From: an uncultured Chthonomonadaceae bacterium
Lineage (GTDB): Bacteria; Armatimonadota; Chthonomonadetes; Chthonomonadales; Chthonomonadaceae
Reading direction: 5' to 3'
Length of the DNA: 64,000 nt
NCBI GenBank assembly: GCA_963835065.1
Contig: CAWIEK010000044.1
Coordinates: 1 to 64,000, forward strand
How positions within the stretch are numbered: the stretch's first letter is position 1; every line of letters begins with the position of its first letter. Both the position numbers and the translations under genes were made by a program. Positions 31,632-39,298 of the stretch are shown here, piece by piece. The notes beneath the pieces are model-generated. The model did not search any database and was not told the DNA's origin. It saw nothing but the letters and a program-made list of their open reading frames with translations.

Positions 31632-31756
31632 CAGCCAGACAAAAGCAGTGTGACGAGACAACGCCATGCCCGCCGCGCCGCAAGTCCATTACACCTACAG
31701 CATACTGGAAGAAGCGGAAGTATGGGCGCGTTCGTTGGGCGTGTTGGAGGACAGCA

Positions 31757-32041
31757 ATGCAGCAGCGTCAGCAGCGACCCTGGTCTTCTGATGATCCATT
31801 GCACCCATTATTACATGAAGCAGGCCATGCTCTTGTTTATAAAGCGCATCCCGGTGGATTTGCCACTCTGCGCGACTTGACGAATGCGCAAAAAACAATT
31901 GTTTCCGGCGAAGTCAGTTTTCGTGCCTGTGTTGACGGTTACGAGTTCACTGCCGAGGTATTTGCCGGCTTGCTGACAGGCAGAATTTTCAGCAAGGATG
32001 TAATGCGCTGGTACAGGTCGAGAGGAGGAGTAGACGTATGA
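31757..32041 (+). CDS. Zincin metallopeptidase toxin-like fragment
   Basis: LLHEAGHAL (HExxH) with downstream EFTAEVFA; no convincing N-terminus. Confidence 0.5.
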   Translation: MQQRQQRPWSSDDPLHPLLHEAGHALVYKAHPGGFATLRDLTNAQKTIVSGEVSFRACVDGYEFTAEVFAGLLTGRIFSKDVMRWYRSRGGVDV

Positions 32042-32289
32042 CAATTATGCCGCAATGCACCTTCTGCAAGCACTTTCAAGGTTTTCAGGGCATGGCAGGT
32101 TTGTGTAGCGCCTTTCCTAAAGGCATACCCACAAAAATTATGAACAATGAGGTAGATCATAAACACCCTTACCCCGGTGACCGCAACATCCATTGGGAAC
32201 AATCGGCGGACACACTGGAGAGCCTCGGCCCTATTGACTTATTCACCGAAACCGGACGGCCTGAGCCTGCGTTGTCGAAAGCCTCTTGA
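32038..32289 (+). CDS. Small Cys/His protein, putative immunity protein
   Basis: CTFCKHF...CSAFPKGIP...HKHPYPGD; GGAGGAG RBS; ATGA overlap with the upstream ORF. Confidence 0.65.
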   Translation: MTIMPQCTFCKHFQGFQGMAGLCSAFPKGIPTKIMNNEVDHKHPYPGDRNIHWEQSADTLESLGPIDLFTETGRPEPALSKAS

Positions 32290-32362
32290 TAAAGGATCCT
32301 GTGATTACTCAGTTCTCGGATACATTCGCAAGTTGTAGCCTTAAGTTTCAGCAGGTAGTCTT

Positions 32363-33586
32363 ATGCCGCATAAGTCCTTGATTTACCAATTGAATGGCAG
32401 CATCGCTCAACAGTGGAGTGATGTCAACAGGGCATTGGCATGTCTAGCACAAAGCAACAGGGTTTGGCTGATTGAGGCAGAAACCACCACTTACGACTTT
32501 AAACGAAATTCTGGTTCGTCCAGTCTAATTGATAGAAAACCTGCCGTCATAACGCTCCGCCAATCGGAATTCGTGTCCTGTAATCTTAATCCTTATTGTA
32601 TTCAGGCGGGTATGCAAAGAATCTTCTTTTTGCCCGATAGACTTGTACTTTGCCGTTACAACAACTACGTGGCTGTCTATTATTCTGATTTGACACTTGA
32701 CGTCAGCACTGTTTCGTTCATAGAGGAAGATCAGCCGCCGACAGATGCGCCGACAGTTGGAAGCACATGGCGATACGTAAATAAAGATGGCAGCCCGGAT
32801 TTGAGGTTTATGGACAATTGGCCTTTGCCAGTCATGGAGTATGCAACCGTCATTTTGGCTAGTTCTCACATACCTCCCCTGCAAATATACGTCAGTTCCG
32901 TTGGTGTCGCTCAAACATTTGCTGACATAATGCGGAGAGTTCAGCAGTATCCTTCGCAGGCGGCACAGGCGAACACAAAGGAGAATAAGGGGCCACAGCA
33001 GAATTGTCACATTCAAGAATCTTCTTCCGCTCAGAATTGCTATAATACACTCAACGTGTCGCCGCAATGTACATTGGAAGAGGCTTCTGTTGCCTATAGA
33101 GAGATGGCAAAACAGTACCATCCTGATACCGTGTGTCGCCTTGCGCCAGAGTTCCGCGCACTGGCACATGAGCGAATGGTAGCTATCAATGAGGCTTATG
33201 CCGAAATAAAGAGACTGCGGGCGCTCTGCAATGAAGGCGTAGCCCAAACTTCCGGCTATGCTGTCTCTGAAACTGCAAACAGTTCCATTGTCTTGCAGAC
33301 GAAACCAAGGTTAATCGGGTTAGAAGGGGCAGTAGCAGGTAAAGTCTACGAACTAGACGTACCTCACATTGTAATTGGGCGCGACGAAGGCTGCAATATA
33401 CGTTTGTTCGCTGATACCACTGTTTCACGCAGACACGCCTATATCGTCAAAAAGGACGGCTGCCATGTCGTCCATGACAATGCTTCGACAAACGGTACTT
33501 TGATTAATGGCGGACGGCTTTCTGCTCAGATTTTGAGGCCGGGAGATATTGTTCAATTCGGTAACAGCAAATTTCGTTTCGAGTAG
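32363..33586 (+). CDS. Protein with WRYVNKDGSPD-type domain, J-domain and C-terminal FHA domain
   Basis: WRYVNKDGSPDLRF; YREMAKQYHPD...INEAY; IGRD...SRRHA...STNGT...GDIVQFGNSKFRFE. Confidence 0.75.
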   Translation: MPHKSLIYQLNGSIAQQWSDVNRALACLAQSNRVWLIEAETTTYDFKRNSGSSSLIDRKPAVITLRQSEFVSCNLNPYCIQAGMQRIFFLPDRLVLCRYNNYVAVYYSDLTLDVSTVSFIEEDQPPTDAPTVGSTWRYVNKDGSPDLRFMDNWPLPVMEYATVILASSHIPPLQIYVSSVGVAQTFADIMRRVQQYPSQAAQANTKENKGPQQNCHIQESSSAQNCYNTLNVSPQCTLEEASVAYREMAKQYHPDTVCRLAPEFRALAHERMVAINEAYAEIKRLRALCNEGVAQTSGYAVSETANSSIVLQTKPRLIGLEGAVAGKVYELDVPHIVIGRDEGCNIRLFADTTVSRRHAYIVKKDGCHVVHDNASTNGTLINGGRLSAQILRPGDIVQFGNSKFRFE

Positions 33587-33595
33587 GAGGCACCA

Positions 33596-34171
33596 TTGGC
33601 GTCGGAGCAGGAACCGGTAGTGGGATTGGTCACAGCCCCGCAAACTGTTGTTGGCTATCATGGCTGTTCGCAAGAAGTGGCCCGGCTGATATTGGAGCAA
33701 CAACGGTTTGTGCCTTCCACAAAAGCGTATGACTGGTTAGGTGAAGGCATTTACTTTTGGGAATATGCGCCTTATCGCGCGCTGCAATGGGCACAGGAAA
33801 GATACACATTTCCTGAAGGTTCTGCGGCAGTAATTGGCGCTACCATTCAACTTGGCCGCTGCTTAAATCTGCTGGACACAGAATACATGACAACTATTGC
33901 AACAACATACGCGGCATTTGCCGCGTCGGGAGTGGAAACTCTGCCCCGAAATACAAATCGTGGCGCACACTATTTGGATCGGTATATCATTGATGCACAT
34001 TGTCGAGAAATTGAAGCCGCAGGGTTAGCGCCGGTGCAAACGGTGCGGGGCAGTTTCGCCGAAGGGACGCCTGTGTACCCGGGATCAAAAATTCTTGACA
34101 GGTCTCATGTGCAGATTGCCGTTCGAGACGCAAGTTGTTTGTCCAATCTACATCTGGCAAAATTGCCGTGA
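33596..34171 (+). CDS. Putative ADP-ribosyltransferase-fold protein
   Basis: VGYHGC, DWLGEGIYFWE, HVQIAVR; AGGAGG RBS with TTG start. Confidence 0.55.
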   Translation: MASEQEPVVGLVTAPQTVVGYHGCSQEVARLILEQQRFVPSTKAYDWLGEGIYFWEYAPYRALQWAQERYTFPEGSAAVIGATIQLGRCLNLLDTEYMTTIATTYAAFAASGVETLPRNTNRGAHYLDRYIIDAHCREIEAAGLAPVQTVRGSFAEGTPVYPGSKILDRSHVQIAVRDASCLSNLHLAKLP

Positions 34172-34216
34172 AAATCAGTATTCCCATTGGAATAGAAACA
34201 GCGCAGGGAGATTATT

Positions 34217-34450
34217 ATGGAACAGAAAGCATGGAACCCGAACAGCCCGGAAGTAAAAGCCGCTATTGTCGAAAGAATACGGCAGTTGACACCTGACGAA
34301 GCGATGGACTTTCTGGAAGCGGGAGCAGAAGGTTTGGAACAAACGAACATGACGGGGCATTTCCCCATTTGTCCTAGCCGTCCATCTCAGCACAAAGAAT
34401 ACAGGCAGGAACCGCAACCGCAGTTGGTCGAGACTGAAACCGCCGCTTGA
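34217..34450 (+). CDS. Small hypothetical protein, possible partner of the upstream gene
   Basis: GGGAG RBS; 77 aa, acidic. Confidence 0.55.
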   Translation: MEQKAWNPNSPEVKAAIVERIRQLTPDEAMDFLEAGAEGLEQTNMTGHFPICPSRPSQHKEYRQEPQPQLVETETAA

Positions 34451-34476
34451 AATAAGGAAGGTGAGGAGAAAATAGC

Positions 34477-35904
34477 ATGTCAGATGACCGCACCCGTATC
34501 ATCGGGCAGACGGGAATGCCCCTGCCGGGCGGAACCGGGCAAACGCAAATGGGCGCGAACCGGACGCAAATCATTGGGCAGCCCGGTACGCCCACCGGCA
34601 GAACGCAGATGGGCGGGCCGGGAACGCCGCCGGGATTCGACCCGATGCGGACGCAGATGAACATGCCGTCCATGCAGACCGTCGAAGTGGAGTGCCTGGC
34701 CGGGAACCGCTACGCCTATGCGCCCGAAGTGACGCGGGACAACGCCCTTGTCGTCCTCAAAGTCAGCGGGCAGCAGTTGGGACGGCGCGCGCCGATCAAC
34801 GTGTGCCTGTGCATTGACCGTTCCGGCAGCATGGAAGGCCCGCCACTCGAATACGCCAAGCGCGCCTGCGATTACGTCGTGGACATGCTGGAACCCAACG
34901 ATATTCTTTCCATCGTCACGTTTGAGGAGCAGGTAGACGTTCTGATGCCCGCCCGCCGCGTGGTCAACAAGGCGCTGGTCAAGGAACACATTCACCGGCT
35001 GGAAGTGGGCAATACGACCAATCTGTACGATGGCCTGATGGCGGGCTGTATGCAGATTGCCAGCGTACAGGCGCAAACGCCCGGTTATGTCAGCCGCGTT
35101 CTGCTGCTTACGGACGGCGAGCCGACAGTTGGGCTGAAAGATTACACGTCCATTGTGCAGCAGGTGGCGGAGCAGAAACAAAAGGGCATTTCCATAACCG
35201 CGCTTGGCTTCGGGCAGGAGTACAACGAAGAACTGATGGCCGGTATCGCGCGGCGCAGTGGCGGCAACTACTATTACATTCAGCGCCCCGACCTGCTGCC
35301 CGAAGTGTTCCGCCGCGAACTGGAAACCCTGATGACCATTGTGGCGAAAAACGTCCGCGTTCGGTTCCAGTTGTCGAAGTGGGTCAGCCTGCGGCAGGTC
35401 TATGGCGCGCAGCCCGCGTTCGGCCCGCGCATGGTGGAAGTGACCGTTCCCGATCTGGAGCGGGGCACGAGCCGCACGGTTCTGGCCGAACTGGAATTCG
35501 AGCGGCATCCCCTCGGCACGTTCCGCGTCGCCAAAGTGGAAGCGTATTACGACGATGTAATCAACAACCGCTCGGAACGCATTGCCGCCGACTGCGTGTT
35601 TGAGTTTACGCAGGATAGAAGCGTGTTGGCGGGCGGCGTCAACCCGATTGTGCGGGGAGAACTGGAACTGGCGCAGGCGTCGTCGAACTTGCAGCGCACG
35701 ATGATGGGAATGCGAACACAGCAGATTACCTCGATGGGAGCCATGACGGAACTGCAAAAAACGCGCACCATTATGATGCAGGCCGGGCAAACGCAGCAGG
35801 TGCAGCAATTGGATCAGGCCATGCAGTCGCTGCAGCGCGGCGGCGGGGACGTGGAAAAAACCCTGATGGGCACGATCATGGAGATAGATCAGGGCAAGCG
35901 TTAG
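34477..35904 (+). CDS. vWA-domain protein with Thr-motif-rich N-terminus
   Basis: CIDRSGSM (MIDAS), GNTTNL, LLTDG, ALGFG. Confidence 0.92.
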   Translation: MSDDRTRIIGQTGMPLPGGTGQTQMGANRTQIIGQPGTPTGRTQMGGPGTPPGFDPMRTQMNMPSMQTVEVECLAGNRYAYAPEVTRDNALVVLKVSGQQLGRRAPINVCLCIDRSGSMEGPPLEYAKRACDYVVDMLEPNDILSIVTFEEQVDVLMPARRVVNKALVKEHIHRLEVGNTTNLYDGLMAGCMQIASVQAQTPGYVSRVLLLTDGEPTVGLKDYTSIVQQVAEQKQKGISITALGFGQEYNEELMAGIARRSGGNYYYIQRPDLLPEVFRRELETLMTIVAKNVRVRFQLSKWVSLRQVYGAQPAFGPRMVEVTVPDLERGTSRTVLAELEFERHPLGTFRVAKVEAYYDDVINNRSERIAADCVFEFTQDRSVLAGGVNPIVRGELELAQASSNLQRTMMGMRTQQITSMGAMTELQKTRTIMMQAGQTQQVQQLDQAMQSLQRGGGDVEKTLMGTIMEIDQGKR

Positions 35905-35924
35905 CGGAAGCGGGAAGGGGCATA

Positions 35925-36296
35925 ATGAACATTTCTATTGAACTGTCTCCCGCAATCGAACAGCAACTGCGGGATGTTGCGGCACAATACCAGCTGGACC
36001 TTTCCGAATTTGCTCCGCAAGCCGTGCAAGGTTTGCTGGCGCACTCCGTAAACTGGAAGTTGGAGAACCAACCGAATGTGGAAGCCATGCTGGACGAACT
36101 GGCCTCTCGTATCAGCGCGCAGCGGGAACAAGCCCGCAGCGCGCAACGCGAAAAAAATCAAGCGGCCATTGCCTTGCTGCGCTCCTGGCGTGAAGAGGAT
36201 GCAGGCGTGAACTCTGAGGAGAAAGCAAGGCGCGAAGTGGAAGGTAAGGCTCTGGAAGCGGGACTGGCGGCGCATCCGTTTCTGCTTGAAGGCTAA
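35925..36296 (+). CDS. Putative antitoxin
   Basis: ISIELSPAIEQQL N-terminus; KNQAAIALLRSW helix; upstream of a PIN gene. Confidence 0.6.
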   Translation: MNISIELSPAIEQQLRDVAAQYQLDLSEFAPQAVQGLLAHSVNWKLENQPNVEAMLDELASRISAQREQARSAQREKNQAAIALLRSWREEDAGVNSEEKARREVEGKALEAGLAAHPFLLEG

Positions 36297-36301
36297 CGCA
36301 C

Positions 36302-36760
36302 ATGACAAGCATTGCCAGTGATGTTGTGATACTTGACAGCGCGCCGTTAGGACTTTTGGCGCGGCGTGACGGTATTCCTCCCGTAGATGCCTGTAAGCAG
36401 TGGCTGGAAGGATTATTGCTGCGCGGCGCGCGAGTGCTGATACCGGAAATTGTAGATTATGAACTGCGCCGAGAACTGTTGCGTCTGAATAACGCAGAAA
36501 GTATTGCGCGTTTGGATGCGCTTCATGCCACGATGGAGTACATGCCTTTAACCACATCCGCTATGCGCCGCGCCGCCGCGCTATGGGCGAACGCCCGACA
36601 ATCGGGGCAAGTGACTGCTTCCGAGAAGGCACTGGACGGAGATGTGATTCTGGCCGCGCAAGTTCTGGAATTGAACTTGTCCTTAACGGTTGTAGCGACA
36701 GACAACGTGAAACATCTCGCGCTGTTTACGTATGCGCAAAAGTGGCAGGATATTTCCTGA
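36302..36760 (+). CDS. PIN-domain toxin
   Basis: ILDSAPLGLL, PEIVDYELRREL, ALDGDVILAAQ, VATDNVKHL. Confidence 0.85.
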   Translation: MTSIASDVVILDSAPLGLLARRDGIPPVDACKQWLEGLLLRGARVLIPEIVDYELRRELLRLNNAESIARLDALHATMEYMPLTTSAMRRAAALWANARQSGQVTASEKALDGDVILAAQVLELNLSLTVVATDNVKHLALFTYAQKWQDIS

Positions 36761-36845
36761 GTTGTGCAGGCGAAAGTTGTATGTGCAAGAATGTTCAGGG
36801 GTGTAGTTGTGCATTGCGATGTGAACAAATGAGAAGGAGCGCGTG

Positions 36846-38156
36846 ATGAGTGACGATGCAACCCGCATGATGCCGCCTGCGAATCCAACCAGTCCGGGCG
36901 GACAAACGGGAACCTTTGACCGTACAATGGTGGCGGGCAGCGCGACGCAGATGCCGGGGGCGGCAGCTTATGGAGCGACGCAGCAGATGCCTGCGGGCGT
37001 GTCCGACCCGATGCGAACGCAGATGGGCGGAACCGCGACGTGCCCCGTCTGCAAATCCAATACGCCCTTAATGGAAGCCTTTTGCGGCGAGTGCGGCTAT
37101 CTGCTCGCGTCCGCGCCCGCTGCAAATCTGGAAGTTCCGCAGGAGGAACCGGCGGCGGCGGAACTTGTCGCCGAGTCGGACGGCCAGCGCTACAAACTGC
37201 GGGCGGGCGTCAATACATTAGGACGGCAGGGAACGGATGTGCTGCTTAACGAGGGTACGATATCGCGCGTTCACGCCAAAATCACGGTTGAAGGCAATGT
37301 CATTACTATCGAAGACATGGGCAGCACGAACGGCACGAAGGTAGGCGAACAGCGCATCGGAGCCAATCAGCCTACGCCCGCTACGCCCGGACAGACCCTG
37401 CGCTTCGGCAACTGGCGCGCGGTTTTGCAGCTTGGCAGCCTGCCTGCTTCCGTCGGGGCGGGCGCGGCAACCGGCGCGGCCCCGACCCTGATGGGCGGCA
37501 ACCAGACGGTTGTGATGCCGGCTGCGGGAAGCGGCCAAACGCCTGCCGACACTGCCGAGACGGGCGCAAACGCCACGCTGATTTACCAGCCGGGAGATTT
37601 GCACCCTGCCGACGCGCCGCTTGCCGATATGCGCAACGCGACGATTGTAGAACCGGCGGTTGCGGACGGCAACCTGGTCGCCAACCTGAATCCCACAAGC
37701 GGGCCGGGCGTTCCCATTGCCATAACCGAAGGCATGGTGTCTATAGGACGGCGGACGGGCAATACAATCGTTATCAGCAACGACGCTTACATTTCGGGAC
37801 GCCACGCGCAGTTGGAAACCGATAATACGGGCACGTACCTGACCGATGTTGGCAGCACCAATGGCACGTCCGTCAACGGCCAGAAACTTACCGCGGGCGA
37901 GCGGCAATTGCTTTTGGAAGGCGATGAAGTCCAGCTCGGGCAGACAAAATACGTGTTCGCGCTGGCGTATGAAGAAATTGCCCCGGCTGTGGACATTAAC
38001 CCCTCCGGCGAAAGCCATTACGGCGGGCAGTGGAGCAACCCGGACGGTTCGCCGCCCGGGCAGGAGTTCGGCGCGATCAACGATCCAGTCTATCCGCCCA
38101 CGTCGCCGCGCATTCAGGAAGTGTACCACGCCGTAGACAACGAGGTACCCGAATGA
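36846..38156 (+). CDS. Zinc-ribbon plus double FHA protein
   Basis: CPVC...FCGECG; LGRQ..SRVHA..STNGT; IGRR..SGRHA..STNGT. Confidence 0.9.
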   Translation: MSDDATRMMPPANPTSPGGQTGTFDRTMVAGSATQMPGAAAYGATQQMPAGVSDPMRTQMGGTATCPVCKSNTPLMEAFCGECGYLLASAPAANLEVPQEEPAAAELVAESDGQRYKLRAGVNTLGRQGTDVLLNEGTISRVHAKITVEGNVITIEDMGSTNGTKVGEQRIGANQPTPATPGQTLRFGNWRAVLQLGSLPASVGAGAATGAAPTLMGGNQTVVMPAAGSGQTPADTAETGANATLIYQPGDLHPADAPLADMRNATIVEPAVADGNLVANLNPTSGPGVPIAITEGMVSIGRRTGNTIVISNDAYISGRHAQLETDNTGTYLTDVGSTNGTSVNGQKLTAGERQLLLEGDEVQLGQTKYVFALAYEEIAPAVDINPSGESHYGGQWSNPDGSPPGQEFGAINDPVYPPTSPRIQEVYHAVDNEVPE

Positions 38157-39226
38157 GCGAGGACGCGCGGTTTGCGCAGGGAATGGGGCAGGACGACCTG
38201 GACTCGACGGCCAAGTTCGACCGGGCGGAACTGGTGCGGGGCTGGCGCGCTTACGAGGCGCGGCAGCCGCGCGTGGTTCCCGTCGTCAAATTCGGCGCGC
38301 GTACCGATATGGGGCAGGTGCGCGAAAACAACGAGGACAAGTTCGACTTTTACGAGCCGGAAACGCCCGAAATTCTGGCGGCAAGAGGCTGCCTGTATGC
38401 GGTTGCGGACGGCATCGGCGGCGCGCTTGCGGGACAAATCGCCAGCGAAATGATGCTGAAAAATGTCATCGCAAACTATTACGACAGCCCCGCTCCCGAT
38501 CTGCAAACCGCCATGCGCGACGCCATTGTGCAGACCAATGACCGCATCTTCCATCTGGCGCAAATGATCCCGGAGCGGTCGGGCATGGGCACGACGCTGG
38601 TGGGCGCGATTTTCGTCGAAGACCGGGTTGTCATTGCGCAGGTGGGAGACAGCCGCGTCTATCTGGTGCGCGACGGGCAGATTACGCAGATCACGCATGA
38701 CCATTCATGGGTGGAAGAGCAGGTTCGGGCCGGGCTGATGCGCCGCGAAGACGCAGAAATGTCACCGTTCCGCAACGTGATTACGCGCTCTATCGGCGCG
38801 GCGGCAAATGTCGTGCCGGACTTCTACGAGGAGCAGGCGCAAATCGGCGACGTGTGGGTTTTGTGTTCGGACGGCCTGACCGGGCATGTCCACGACGGCG
38901 AAATCCTGCAAATCGCCGGCAGCCACGCGCCTTCCGAAGCCGTCCGGCAACTTGTGGAACTCGCCAATGCGCGCGGCGGGCGCGACAACATCACCGTTTT
39001 CATCGTAACCGTCCGCGATCTGCTCACGCCGGACGGCAAACCCTATACTGCGAATGTTGATGCGTTAGCGTCTCACGCTTCCGAAGCGCATAATACTTAT
39101 GCCACAAACGGGCAAGGCGATCCAACGACTTTACAGGCACAATATGCGCCGAACGAAGCGCAGCAAGATACGTCCGGCGCGGCAGAGGACAATCGCCCCG
39201 GCTGGCGTAAACTATTTGGGCGCTGA
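38153..39226 (+). CDS. PP2C/Stp1-type Ser/Thr phosphatase
   Basis: RENNED, VADGIGG, MGTT, VGDSRVY, DHS, LCSDGL, GGRDNIT. Confidence 0.93.
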   Translation: MSEDARFAQGMGQDDLDSTAKFDRAELVRGWRAYEARQPRVVPVVKFGARTDMGQVRENNEDKFDFYEPETPEILAARGCLYAVADGIGGALAGQIASEMMLKNVIANYYDSPAPDLQTAMRDAIVQTNDRIFHLAQMIPERSGMGTTLVGAIFVEDRVVIAQVGDSRVYLVRDGQITQITHDHSWVEEQVRAGLMRREDAEMSPFRNVITRSIGAAANVVPDFYEEQAQIGDVWVLCSDGLTGHVHDGEILQIAGSHAPSEAVRQLVELANARGGRDNITVFIVTVRDLLTPDGKPYTANVDALASHASEAHNTYATNGQGDPTTLQAQYAPNEAQQDTSGAAEDNRPGWRKLFGR

Positions 39227-39298
39227 ATGTACCGAAAGCAATGGGTGCAAATCTTGCGGCGTATGCCGTATAATGAGAATGAGAGATTTCAAGCGTAA

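Noticed and set aside
34480..35808. Long antisense ORFs (this one, 53202-54383, 26925-27890 and others)
   Set aside because: Shadow frames of GC-rich genes with no motifs.
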